DNA from: Burkholderiales bacterium
Lineage (GTDB): Bacteria; Pseudomonadota; Gammaproteobacteria; Burkholderiales; JAHFRG01
DNA: 64,000 nt
Direction: 5' to 3'
NCBI GenBank assembly: GCA_035624615.1
Contig: DASPRE010000054.1
Location: forward strand, 9,584-73,583
The position numbers and the translations under genes were made by a program. The number at the start of each line of letters is the position of its first letter. The stretch's first letter is position 1. The notes below the pieces were generated by a model. It worked only from the letters and a program-made list of their open reading frames with translations. It was not told the origin of the DNA and did no database searches. Shown here one piece after another: positions 21,255 to 30,104 of the stretch.

Positions 21255-21884
21255 ATGAAAAAAGCAAAGCTTAATATCCTGCTGCTGGCATGCGTCTTGG
21301 CATTGTCCTGCGCAACCCATGAACCTGTGAATCCGGCGCGACGCGATCTTGAGTCCGCGGCTGTGTGTTGCGACAGATACGAGAAGTTCGATTACCAACC
21401 GCTCAAGTTTGGGGATACGCAAAGCTTTACCATAGACACCCGCAGTCCCGCCTTCAATTTTGATGGCGGAAAAAGCTATTTCAAGGCGTTCCACCTGCCG
21501 GTGCAGGGCCGATCGTATTTCATCGTTGTCAACAGTTATTTTACCGACAAGGACAATCTCTCCCGTTCGCCGTACATTTTCCGTCCTGTAGTGATGTTGC
21601 TTGATGCGCAGTATCGTGTTACCCGAAGGATTGACCAAGGCGTCGTTAAACCCATTGAGTCCGGCAACAGCATGAATCACACTTCGCTGGAGATCGAGAT
21701 AAGCGTCAACCCGCGGGCAGCCGATGAAAGATTCATGGTCGTTTATACCACGAGCGCCTTGCTTAGTCAGGTGACGGAATTGAGAGTGTATAAATACAGC
21801 TACGGAAGGATAGAAGAGGATTATCCTGTACAAAACGCGCCCATTGGTAGGCTCCAAATCCAGCTGACCTCTTGGAGAGAATAG
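21255..21884 (+). CDS. Lipoprotein of unknown function (possibly MalM-family-like)
   Basis: Lipobox LALSC at the signal-peptide end; 209 aa and beta-rich. The resemblance to MalM periplasmic proteins is from memory only. Confidence 0.55.
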   Translation: MKKAKLNILLLACVLALSCATHEPVNPARRDLESAAVCCDRYEKFDYQPLKFGDTQSFTIDTRSPAFNFDGGKSYFKAFHLPVQGRSYFIVVNSYFTDKDNLSRSPYIFRPVVMLLDAQYRVTRRIDQGVVKPIESGNSMNHTSLEIEISVNPRAADERFMVVYTTSALLSQVTELRVYKYSYGRIEEDYPVQNAPIGRLQIQLTSWRE

Positions 21885-22934
21885 ATGACCGAGAACACTG
21901 CCGGCGGAATAGAAAGCTGGCGCGAGGAAAAGCGCTCTGCTTATCTTTACCGCTTGGTGGCGGCGGCCGAGGCTGGGAGCGCGCGGCAGGGACTTTTTCT
22001 GGAACTTTCGGATGCCGCCGAAAAGCAGGCGCAAATTTGGGAGAAGAAAATCCGAGACAGCGGTAACAGCGTCCCGCAAGGATATTCACCCGACATACGA
22101 ACGCGCATAGTTGCGTTTCTATTGAAGTTATTCGGTCCGCGCCGGATGCGCCCCGCGCTTGCGGCGATGAAGGTGCGCGGCATGTCGCTTTACACCAAAA
22201 TCGAGCCCGGTCACGCGATTCCGCTAAGCATCGAGGAAGTCGGCCGCCGCCACCGCGCCGTAGGGAGCGGCGGAAATCTGCGCGCCGCCGTGTTTGGAGT
22301 GAATGATGGCTTGGTATCCAATGCCAGTCTGATTATGGGTGTGGCGGGTGCGACGGCGGATAATGCCGTGATCCTGCTGTCCGGCGTTGCCGGGCTGCTT
22401 GCAGGTGCATTTTCTATGGCGGCGGGCGAATACGTTTCAGTGCGCTCGCAGCGCGAAATGTATGAGTACCAGATCGGGCTTGAGCGCGAAGAGCTCGAAC
22501 AATACCCTGAGGAGGAGGCGGCGGAGCTGGCGCTGATATATGAAGCGCGCGGTCTGCAGAAAAGCGAAGCACAGCGTCTTGCGGAAGGCGTCTTGACCAA
22601 TCCGCAAAAGGCACTGGATACGCTGGCGCGCGAAGAACTTGGGCTCAATCCGGAAGAGCTCGGCTCGCCTCGAGGAGCGGCGTTGTCTTCGTTCTTCTCT
22701 TTCGCTTTTGGCAGTGCCATTCCACTTTTTCCATTTCTGTTTGGCGCACCTGACGAGAACTTGTTCATTTCAGTCATAATAAGCGCAGTTGCCCTTTTCA
22801 TCGTTGGCGCGGTCCTAAGTCTCTTTACTGGCCGGCGCGCGCTTTATAGCGGTTTGCGCATGCTGCTTATTGGCGCTGCTGCGGGCGGCGCAACCTACTT
22901 CATTGGCAAAGCCCTGGGTGTCGGTCTCGCTTAA
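21885..22934 (+). CDS. VIT1/CCC1-family iron/manganese transporter with an extended N-terminal cytosolic domain
   Basis: AAVFGVNDGLVSNASLIMGVAGA is the VIT1 signature, and there are C-terminal TM helices. The ATG directly abuts the stop of the lipoprotein gene. Confidence 0.8.
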   Translation: MTENTAGGIESWREEKRSAYLYRLVAAAEAGSARQGLFLELSDAAEKQAQIWEKKIRDSGNSVPQGYSPDIRTRIVAFLLKLFGPRRMRPALAAMKVRGMSLYTKIEPGHAIPLSIEEVGRRHRAVGSGGNLRAAVFGVNDGLVSNASLIMGVAGATADNAVILLSGVAGLLAGAFSMAAGEYVSVRSQREMYEYQIGLEREELEQYPEEEAAELALIYEARGLQKSEAQRLAEGVLTNPQKALDTLAREELGLNPEELGSPRGAALSSFFSFAFGSAIPLFPFLFGAPDENLFISVIISAVALFIVGAVLSLFTGRRALYSGLRMLLIGAAAGGATYFIGKALGVGLA

Positions 22935-22983
22935 CTCGCCAATCTGTTTTTGAATAAGCGCGCACAGTCGGATTGCATGAAAT

Positions 22984-23012
22984 TTGACAAGGCGGGAACT
23001 ACAAGGTAACTT
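22984..23012 (+). promoter_or_regulatory. Candidate sigma70 promoter
   Basis: TTGACA, then a 17-nt spacer (aggcgggaactacaagg), then TAACTT. It would start a transcript near 23019-23021. Confidence 0.4.
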
Positions 23013-23100
23013 GTCGCCCCATCGCGCCGATTTGATATTCAGCTTGCGGGCGCAGGAACCTGTCATGGATTCCAATAAATACTGCTAAAGCGAGACATAA

Positions 23101-23131
23101 CCCGTCCGCGAAAGCAGCACGGGTTTTTTTG
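23101..23131 (+). terminator. Intrinsic terminator-like hairpin 24 nt upstream of the metH start
   Basis: CCCGT..(13 nt)..ACGGG followed by TTTTTTTGTTTTT. Confidence 0.65.
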
Positions 23132-23153
23132 TTTTTAATGCGGTGATATTCAA

Positions 23154-26100
23154 ATGCCATTATCACGAGGCGAGCTGCTCGAACAACTGCTTAAACAGCG
23201 CATCCTGATTCTGGATGGCGCGATGGGCACGATGATCCAGAGTTATAAACTCGATGAAAAGGAATATCGGGGAAAGCGCTTGGCCGATTTTCCGCACGAC
23301 TTGAAGGGTAACAATGATTTGCTCACCCTGACCCAGCCACAGATTATCCAAGGAATTCATTTGGCATATCTGGAAGCGGGCGCCGACATCATCGAAACCA
23401 ATACCTTCAACTCCAATGCGCCGTCGCAAGCAGATTATCATTTGGAGCAGCTGGTTTACGAGCTGAATTTAACCGCCGCCAGGCTCGCTCGCGGAGTGGC
23501 CGACGAATTCGGCGCCAAAACGCCAGGCCAGCCGCGTTTTGTCGCCGGCGCCTTGGGGCCCACGAATAAGACCGCTTCAATCTCCCCGGATGTCAATGAC
23601 CCGGGATTTCGCAATATCACGTTTGACGCGCTGGTCGCGGCTTACAGCGAAGCGGTAGGGGGCTTGCTCGACGGCGGAGTGGATATCCTGCTCATCGAGA
23701 CCATTTTCGACACACTTAATGCAAAAGCGGCGATTTTTGCTGTCGAGCAGTATTTCGAGACGCATCAATTGCGCGTTCCGGTAATGATTTCGGGAACCAT
23801 CACCGACCAGTCAGGCCGCACGCTCACGGGGCAAACCACTGAGGCCTTCTGGAACTCAGTGCGCCATGCGCAGCCGCTTTCCATAGGGCTCAACTGCGCT
23901 CTCGGCGCAAAACTGATGCGCCCGTATATCGAAGAACTCTCACGCGTAGCGGACACCTACGTTTGCGCGTATCCAAATGCCGGGCTTCCCGATCCGCTTT
24001 CTCCCACCGGCTTTCCGGAGGGACCGGAAGATACTGCGGGTTTCCTTCAGGAATTTGCGCAAAGCGGATTTATCAATATCGTCGGCGGCTGTTGCGGCAC
24101 TACTCCAGCGCATATCATGGCAATTCGTGACGCGGTGCAGGGCATTCCACCACGCGTGGTGCCAAAGATAGAAAAAAAACTGCGTCTGTCGGGATTGGAG
24201 CCGCTCAATGTCGGGGACGATTCGCTGTTTGTCAACATCGGCGAGCGCACCAACGTTACCGGCTCCAAAGCTTTCGCGCGGTTGATTCTCAATGGCAATT
24301 ACGGAGAGGCGCTGAGCGTGGCGCGCCAGCAGGTGGAAAACGGCGCGCAGATGATAGATGTGAACATGGACGAGGCGATGCTTGATTCCAAGCAGGCGAT
24401 GATCAAGTTCTTAAATCTCATAGGCTCCGAGCCCGATATTTCGCGTGTTCCGGTGATGATCGACTCCTCAAAATGGGAGGTGATCGAAGCCGGCCTGAAA
24501 TGCGTGCAAGGGAAATGCGTTGTCAATTCAATCAGCCTGAAAGAAGGCGAAGCTGAATTTATCAAGCGCGCCGTGCTCGCCCGGCGCCACGGCGCGGCGA
24601 TAGTAGTGATGGCATTCGACGAAAAGGGCCAGGCGGACACCCTTGCCCGCAAAATTGAAATATGTGCTCGCAGTTATCACATCCTGGTGAAAGACGCGGG
24701 CATGCCGCCCGAAGAAATTATCTTTGACCCCAATATTTTCGCGATTGCCACGGGGATTGATGAACACAACAATTATGCAGTGGACTACATCGAGGCTACC
24801 CGTGCGATCAAGCGTGCGCTGCCACACGCCAAAGTGAGCGGCGGCGTGTCCAATGTCTCATTTTCATTCCGCGGCAACGACCCGGTGCGCGAAGCGATTC
24901 ACACTGTGTTCCTGTATCACGCCATTCAGGCTGGCATGACCATGGGCATTGTCAACGCAGGACAGCTCGGGGTGTATGAGGAAATTCCCAAGGACTTGCT
25001 GGAGCGGGTCGAGGATATTGTGTTGAACCGCCGTGCGGATGCAGCCGAGCGCTTGGTGCAATTCGCCGAAACGGTTAAGGGACAAGGCAAGGTTTTGGCA
25101 GAAGACCTGTCCTGGCGCAAGGGTACCGTCGAAGAGCGCCTCAGCCACTCGCTGGTGAAAGGCATTGATGAATTTATTATCAACGACACTGAGGAAGCGC
25201 GAGCCAAATATCAACACCCGATCCAGGTCATAGAAGGTCCGCTGATGGACGGGATGAACGTGGTGGGCGATTTGTTCGGCTCCGGAAAAATGTTCCTTCC
25301 ACAGGTTGTGAAATCCGCACGCGTTATGAAGCGGGCAGTGGCCTATTTGGTGCCGTTCATCGAGGCTGAAAAGCAGAAATCGGGCGAAGTACAAAAACCC
25401 AAAGGCAAGATTGTGATTGGGACCGTCAAGGGCGATGTACATGACATTGGCAAAAATATCGTTGCCGTGGTATTGCAATGTAACAACTACGAGGTAATTA
25501 ACCTTGGAGTGATGGTGCCGTGCGAGAAGATCCTGCAGACGGCGCGGGAAGAAAAGGCCGATATCATCGGGCTGTCTGGCTTGATTACGCCTTCACTGGA
25601 AGAAATGGCCCATGTGGCAAAGGAGATGCAGCGAGAGGGTTTCACCATTCCGCTGTTAATTGGCGGGGCGACCACGTCTCGAGTGCATACCGCAGTGAAA
25701 ATCGAGCCCGGATATAACGGTGCCACCGTCTGGGTGCCTGATGCGTCGCGCAGCGTAGGCGTCTGCAGCAACCTGCTTTCCGAACAACAGCGCAAGGGCT
25801 ACATAGCAGGCGTCAAGCAGGATAATGAAAAGGTGCGCGTGCAGCACCGGGAGAAGAAAGGCCAGCCGCTGCTCACGCTCGTTGAGGCGAGGAAAAACAG
25901 CCTGGAAACGGATTGGAAGCAGTATATTCCGCCCAAACCCAGCTTTATAGGATTAAAAGCATTTACGGACTATCCGTTGCGGGAGCTGGTGCCGTGCATA
26001 GACTGGACACCGTTTTTCCAGACCTGGGAACTCTCGGGCCGCTATCCGGAAATATTACGAGATGAAATTGTTGGCGAAGCCGCGCACAATCTTTTCCAGG

Positions 26101-26852
26101 ACGCGCAGGCGATGCTCCAGCTCATCATTGCGGAAAAATGGCTCAAAGCGAACGCGGTGATCGGCTTGTTCTCCGCCAACTCGGTGGATAGCGACGACAT
26201 TGAGATTTACACCGATGAATCTCGCACCAACGTGGCCATGATTTTTCACAACTTGCGCCAGCAAAACGCCAAGCCGCAAGGCAATCCGAACCTTTGCCTT
26301 GCTGATTTCATTGCTCCCAAGATTTCTGGAACCAAGGATTATATCGGCGCCTTTGCTGTGACAACCGGCGTCCGAATCGATGCTCGAGTCAAAGCCTATG
26401 AGGAAAAACACGACGATTACAATGCCATCATGCTGAAAGCCCTTGCCGACCGGCTTGCCGAGGCCTTCGCAGAGCATATGCATTTGCGCGTGCGAAAAGA
26501 ATTCTGGGGTTATGCAAAGAATGAAAGCCTGGATAACGACGCGCTGATTGCAGAGAAATACCGCGGCATCCGTCCCGCGCCGGGCTATCCGGCTTGCCCG
26601 GACCACACCGAAAAAAAGGGATTATTCGATCTGTTGAAAGCGCCGGAAGTCGGTATTACGCTGACCGAGGGTTTCGCAATGCTTCCGGCAGCGGCGGTGA
26701 GCGGCTTTTACTTTTCTCATCCGGAGTCTCGATACTTTGCAGTCGGCAAAATTGGCAGGGACCAAGCGCAGGACTACGCTCGCCGAAAAGGAATGAGTCT
26801 GGCTGAAGCGGAAAAGTGGCTTGCGCCGGTTTTAGGATATGATATTAGGTAG
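23154..26852 (+). CDS. metH: Cobalamin-dependent methionine synthase
   Basis: 1232 aa with Hcy-binding ([13 protein letters not shown]), pterin-binding, B12-binding ([11 protein letters not shown] = DxHxxG) and AdoMet-activation domains. Confidence 0.97.
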   Translation: MPLSRGELLEQLLKQRILILDGAMGTMIQSYKLDEKEYRGKRLADFPHDLKGNNDLLTLTQPQIIQGIHLAYLEAGADIIETNTFNSNAPSQADYHLEQLVYELNLTAARLARGVADEFGAKTPGQPRFVAGALGPTNKTASISPDVNDPGFRNITFDALVAAYSEAVGGLLDGGVDILLIETIFDTLNAKAAIFAVEQYFETHQLRVPVMISGTITDQSGRTLTGQTTEAFWNSVRHAQPLSIGLNCALGAKLMRPYIEELSRVADTYVCAYPNAGLPDPLSPTGFPEGPEDTAGFLQEFAQSGFINIVGGCCGTTPAHIMAIRDAVQGIPPRVVPKIEKKLRLSGLEPLNVGDDSLFVNIGERTNVTGSKAFARLILNGNYGEALSVARQQVENGAQMIDVNMDEAMLDSKQAMIKFLNLIGSEPDISRVPVMIDSSKWEVIEAGLKCVQGKCVVNSISLKEGEAEFIKRAVLARRHGAAIVVMAFDEKGQADTLARKIEICARSYHILVKDAGMPPEEIIFDPNIFAIATGIDEHNNYAVDYIEATRAIKRALPHAKVSGGVSNVSFSFRGNDPVREAIHTVFLYHAIQAGMTMGIVNAGQLGVYEEIPKDLLERVEDIVLNRRADAAERLVQFAETVKGQGKVLAEDLSWRKGTVEERLSHSLVKGIDEFIINDTEEARAKYQHPIQVIEGPLMDGMNVVGDLFGSGKMFLPQVVKSARVMKRAVAYLVPFIEAEKQKSGEVQKPKGKIVIGTVKGDVHDIGKNIVAVVLQCNNYEVINLGVMVPCEKILQTAREEKADIIGLSGLITPSLEEMAHVAKEMQREGFTIPLLIGGATTSRVHTAVKIEPGYNGATVWVPDASRSVGVCSNLLSEQQRKGYIAGVKQDNEKVRVQHREKKGQPLLTLVEARKNSLETDWKQYIPPKPSFIGLKAFTDYPLRELVPCIDWTPFFQTWELSGRYPEILRDEIVGEAAHNLFQDAQAMLQLIIAEKWLKANAVIGLFSANSVDSDDIEIYTDESRTNVAMIFHNLRQQNAKPQGNPNLCLADFIAPKISGTKDYIGAFAVTTGVRIDARVKAYEEKHDDYNAIMLKALADRLAEAFAEHMHLRVRKEFWGYAKNESLDNDALIAEKYRGIRPAPGYPACPDHTEKKGLFDLLKAPEVGITLTEGFAMLPAAAVSGFYFSHPESRYFAVGKIGRDQAQDYARRKGMSLAEAEKWLAPVLGYDIR

Positions 26853-27055
26853 CCGGGAGCAGCCCGGCGGCTGGTTACTTTATTTTGCTCGCCCAAAATA
26901 AAGTAACCAAACAAAAGGACGCCCTGCTTCGCCGCCGCTGCGCGGTTTCCTGCGCAACTCAGTAAAATCGGGCGCTGCGCAACTCGCGCATCGCGCTCAG
27001 ACAGTGCTCGCTTAAAAGCTCCCGATTTGACTTCGTCGCTTGGCGGCTCAGAAGG
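26852..27055. repeat. Structured GC-rich intergenic repeat element (MITE/REP-like; family recognised from other betaproteobacteria, name unknown)
   Basis: Contains the GCCGGG/CCCGGC hairpin, a perfect 15-bp palindrome, the direct repeat CTGCGCAACTC x2 and the inverted AAATCGGG/CCCGATTT. The minus strand reads ...GCAGGAAACCGCGCAGCGGCGGCGAAGCAGGGCGTCCTTTTGTTTGGTTACTTTATTTTGGGCGAGCAAAATAAAGTAACC..., which matches a repeat I recall from Ralstonia/Burkholderia-type genomes. Confidence 0.6.
26873..26908. repeat. Perfect 15-bp inverted repeat (hairpin) within the element
   Basis: GGTTACTTTATTTTG, then ctcgcc, then CAAAATAAAGTAACC. Confidence 0.95.
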
Positions 27056-27147
27056 GAATTGAAAATCGCAAATACGCAGTTAGAGTCGATTAACAATTAC
27101 TATCGTGGGTTGAGGCATAATATTATTCGGCAAGGAGGATCAAATTG

Positions 27148-27471
27148 ATGGCGTACACCTTTGAAGAGTTGAAAGGCAAAACCGTGGCGGAGCTTCGGGA
27201 TATCGCCAAAGGCATCGAACACGAGGCGGTAAAGGGTTATTCCCAGCTGAACAAAGACCATCTGCTGGTTGCATTGTGCAAGGCTCTGAACATTGCCACG
27301 CACGGGCATCACGAAGTGGTGGGGGTTAACAAAACTGCCATCAAGACCGAAATCCGGGCATTGAAGAAGAAACGCGACGAGTTTCTTGCGGCCCATGATC
27401 ATACCCAGCTCAAAAACATCCGACGAACGATCCATCGCCTGAAGAGAACGCTACACAAGGCGACGGTCTAG
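27148..27471 (+). CDS. Small basic protein with a Rho_N/SAP-like N-terminal domain
   Basis: AAGGAGG RBS 9 nt upstream of the ATG. MAYTFEELKGKTVAELRDIAKGIEHEAVKGYSQLNKDHLLVALCKAL resembles the Rho termination factor N-terminal (Rho_N) fold. The C-terminal half is His/Lys/Arg-rich and helical. Confidence 0.7.
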   Translation: MAYTFEELKGKTVAELRDIAKGIEHEAVKGYSQLNKDHLLVALCKALNIATHGHHEVVGVNKTAIKTEIRALKKKRDEFLAAHDHTQLKNIRRTIHRLKRTLHKATV

Positions 27472-27582
27472 ATTTCAGCTAAAACATTACGCTGTCGGCA
27501 AAGAAAAATCACCGTTTCCCGCCAGACAATATACTGAAGTATGACGGGGCCGGTAAACGCAGAATTGAAAGGAGGCAGGGTT

Positions 27583-28020
27583 ATGCTTAAAGAGTTCAGG
27601 GAGTTCGCCATGCGCGGCAACGTGGTAGATATGGCCGTGGGTATCATCATAGGCGCTGCCTTTGGCGCCATCGTTCAATCACTCGTTGCGGATGTTATTA
27701 TGCCGCCGATCGGTTTGATTCTCGGCAATGTGGATTTTTCCAATCTTTTCGTAGTGCTCAAGGAAGGCGCTGCGGTAGCGCCGTATGCGTCTCTTGCAGA
27801 AGCGCAGAAGGCCGGGGCGGTCACGATCAACTATGGCAAGTTTCTTAACGCGGTAGTGGGCTTTGTGATTGTGGCATTTGCGGTATTTATGTTGGTACGC
27901 GCCATCAATCAGTTAAAGCGAAAGGAACAGGCGGCGCCGACGACCAAGGAATGTCCGCAATGTTTTTCAACCATCTCGATAAGAGCCAAGCGCTGCCCGA
28001 ACTGCACTTCGCAGATTTAA
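27583..28020 (+). CDS. mscL: Large-conductance mechanosensitive channel MscL with a C-terminal CxxC...CxxC tail
   Basis: [28 protein letters not shown]... is the canonical MscL N-terminus. A GGAGG RBS precedes the start. The internal ATG at 27583 was chosen as the start. Confidence 0.9.
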   Translation: MLKEFREFAMRGNVVDMAVGIIIGAAFGAIVQSLVADVIMPPIGLILGNVDFSNLFVVLKEGAAVAPYASLAEAQKAGAVTINYGKFLNAVVGFVIVAFAVFMLVRAINQLKRKEQAAPTTKECPQCFSTISIRAKRCPNCTSQI

Positions 28021-28030
28021 AAGTGCCAAC

Positions 28031-28726
28031 ATGAGAACCGTTCGGCTCGCGTTCCTATTAACGTTTGTGTTCCTCGCCGTTTCTGGGAATGCGCGTGCCG
28101 CCGAGGAGGCGCCGAGCTATAACGTGGTGGAGCTGCAGGCTGAGGCGCAGCGCGATATCCAGAACGATTTAATGACGGCATCTTTATACGTTGAGCAAAG
28201 CGGCGAAAACGCTGCGCGAGTCTCCGATGCGGTGAATAAAATCGTGAATGAAGCATTGCGAGCCGCGCAGGAGGTTAAAAGCGTAAAAGCGAGCACCGAG
28301 GGTTACCAGACTTACCCGGTTTACAGCAAGACCGCCAGATTGGAAGCGTGGAGAGTGCGCTCTGAGATGCGCATTGAGAGCAAAGATTTCAGCGCCGCTT
28401 CCAATCTTATCGGCAAGCTGCAGTCTACGATGCGTCTTTCTTCTCTTGTTTTTACGGTATCTCCTGATGCGAGGCGGCAGGCAGAGAACGAGCTGATCGC
28501 CCAAGCCATTTCCAATTTTCGCGAACGTGCCGATATCGTTAAACGCTCGCTTAACGGACGCGGGTACAAGCTCCGAAAAATGAGCATCAACACCGGCGCG
28601 TTTCATCCCCGCCCAATGCTTGCCCGCGCGATGGCCTCGCCCTCGCAGGAGGTCACGGCGCCTAATGTGGAGGCAGGCACCAGCCAGATTACCGTTGTCA
28701 TCAGCGGCACCATCGAAGTGGAATGA
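28031..28726 (+). CDS. SIMPL/DUF541 periplasmic protein (YggE-like)
   Basis: Signal peptide plus the typical SIMPL pattern (YNVVELQAEAQRDIQNDL...GYQTYPVY...ISGTIEVE). Confidence 0.85.
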   Translation: MRTVRLAFLLTFVFLAVSGNARAAEEAPSYNVVELQAEAQRDIQNDLMTASLYVEQSGENAARVSDAVNKIVNEALRAAQEVKSVKASTEGYQTYPVYSKTARLEAWRVRSEMRIESKDFSAASNLIGKLQSTMRLSSLVFTVSPDARRQAENELIAQAISNFRERADIVKRSLNGRGYKLRKMSINTGAFHPRPMLARAMASPSQEVTAPNVEAGTSQITVVISGTIEVE

Positions 28727-28735
28727 GGCTGGGGC

Positions 28736-28936
28736 ATGGGACGATGGCTGATCGTTCTGGGCGTGATTCTGGTTATCGCCGGCTTGCTCTGGCCGTGGCT
28801 GACCAAAGTCGGCCTAGGTCATCTCCCCGGCGATATCCGCATCGAGCGGAAAGGGTTCGTCTTCTATTTCCCGCTCACCAGCGGGCTAATTGTCTCGGGT
28901 GTGCTTACGTTGATACTGTGGATCTTCCGCCGTTAG
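28736..28936 (+). CDS. DUF2905 family small membrane protein
   Basis: MGRWLIVLGVILVIAGLLWPWL...LPGDIRIERKGFVFYFPLTSGLIVSGVLTLILW is the characteristic DUF2905 sequence. Confidence 0.75.
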   Translation: MGRWLIVLGVILVIAGLLWPWLTKVGLGHLPGDIRIERKGFVFYFPLTSGLIVSGVLTLILWIFRR

Positions 28937-30104
28937 AAAACCGCGCCGCTCGGAACGCGCGGTAAGCCGCGCGCGCAAGCACAAACAGGGTAATAACGCC
29001 CAGCAGTGCGGCGAGCGCCTTCCAAAACAGACCGTCGTCCTCGCCCTGTTTCAGCTTGATCTCGGTCCACATTCTCGACATGATCCTCCGGTGCTTGCGG
29101 TCGAGGTCTTTCATGAACTCCAAATGCTTGGTAGTTTCCGGGTCAGGGAAAATAGCCGGGTTATTTGCGATCTCCGGTTTGACGAATGGCAGCGCGGCAG
29201 CGTTAGGATTTCCTGCTCCGATGAGGTTGGTCAGCTCCGCCGAGTTTTGGCCTTCGAGCATGAAGTTGATGAATTTATGCGCCAGATCCGGCCGCGGCCC
29301 GGATTTGTGTATGACCATGCTATCCATTCCTATCACCGCGCCTTCCTTGGGTATTGTCCAGTTTATGGTGAAGTTGCGCTGCGCTTTTTGTGCATCGAGC
29401 GCTGCCTGGAAAAAATCGCTGGAATAGCCATGCGCGAGCCAGATATTGCCGACCGTGAGTTCCTTGATGTAGCTTTGCGCGTTGAATGCTGCCCAGTAAG
29501 GCTTGGCGCGGATGATCAAATCGCGCGCCTGTTTCCATTTTTCCTCATCCGTGTCGTTGATGGAATAGCCGAGATATTTCATCGCGGCCGCCATCAGCTC
29601 CCGTTGCGAGTCGAGCACGGTGACCCGGCCTTTTACTTTGGTTAAGTATTTCGGCTCGAAAATCACCGCCCAGGTGTCGGTCGGCAGCCCAAGTTCCTGC
29701 ATTTTCTGCTTGTTGTAGCCTATCACCGTTGTCGAATAGGCATATGGCACGGAATATTTGTTGCCCGGGTCGAAATCGCGGTTCAGGTATTCCGGCTTGA
29801 TGTTCTTGAGATTGGGTAAAAGCGATTTGTCGAGCGGCCGCAGCGCGTCTTGCTTGATCAGCGAATCCACGGCGTTCTGCGTCGGCACAATGATATCGTA
29901 GCCGGTGGCGCCGGCAGCAAGTTTTGCCAGCATTTCCTCGTTGTCGCCGTAATAGTCCTGCACCAGCTTGCAATTGCAGGATTTTTGAAATCGCTCGACC
30001 GTGTCATCCGAGATGTAATTGTTCCAGTTGTAGAGGTGCAACATCTCTTCTGCAAAAATGCTATTGCTGAACAGCAGTACGCATACCAAAAGCCAGCGCT
30101 TCAT
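28905..30104 (-). CDS. Polyamine (spermidine/putrescine) ABC transporter substrate-binding protein with a C-terminal hydrophobic extension
   Basis: Signal peptide MKRWLLVCVLLFSNSIFA; PotD/PotF-like (LHLYNWNNYISDD...). About 45 extra C-terminal residues include a TM-like helix. Confidence 0.85.
   Translation of the reverse strand: MKRWLLVCVLLFSNSIFAEEMLHLYNWNNYISDDTVERFQKSCNCKLVQDYYGDNEEMLAKLAAGATGYDIIVPTQNAVDSLIKQDALRPLDKSLLPNLKNIKPEYLNRDFDPGNKYSVPYAYSTTVIGYNKQKMQELGLPTDTWAVIFEPKYLTKVKGRVTVLDSQRELMAAAMKYLGYSINDTDEEKWKQARDLIIRAKPYWAAFNAQSYIKELTVGNIWLAHGYSSDFFQAALDAQKAQRNFTINWTIPKEGAVIGMDSMVIHKSGPRPDLAHKFINFMLEGQNSAELTNLIGAGNPNAAALPFVKPEIANNPAIFPDPETTKHLEFMKDLDRKHRRIMSRMWTEIKLKQGEDDGLFWKALAALLGVITLFVLARAAYRAFRAARFSNGGRSTVST

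Noticed and set aside
22815-23075. An 86-aa minus-strand ORF in the VIT-metH intergenic region.
   Set aside because: It has no RBS, it overlaps the 3' end of the VIT gene, and its composition is not coding-like. The plus-strand promoter and terminator signals explain the region better.
22935-23153. An SAH riboswitch (expected upstream of a betaproteobacterial metH) or a cobalamin riboswitch.
   Set aside because: I looked for the conserved SAH core segments and for a B12 box and found neither. The region is reported instead as an unassigned leader. A covariance-model search is needed to be sure.
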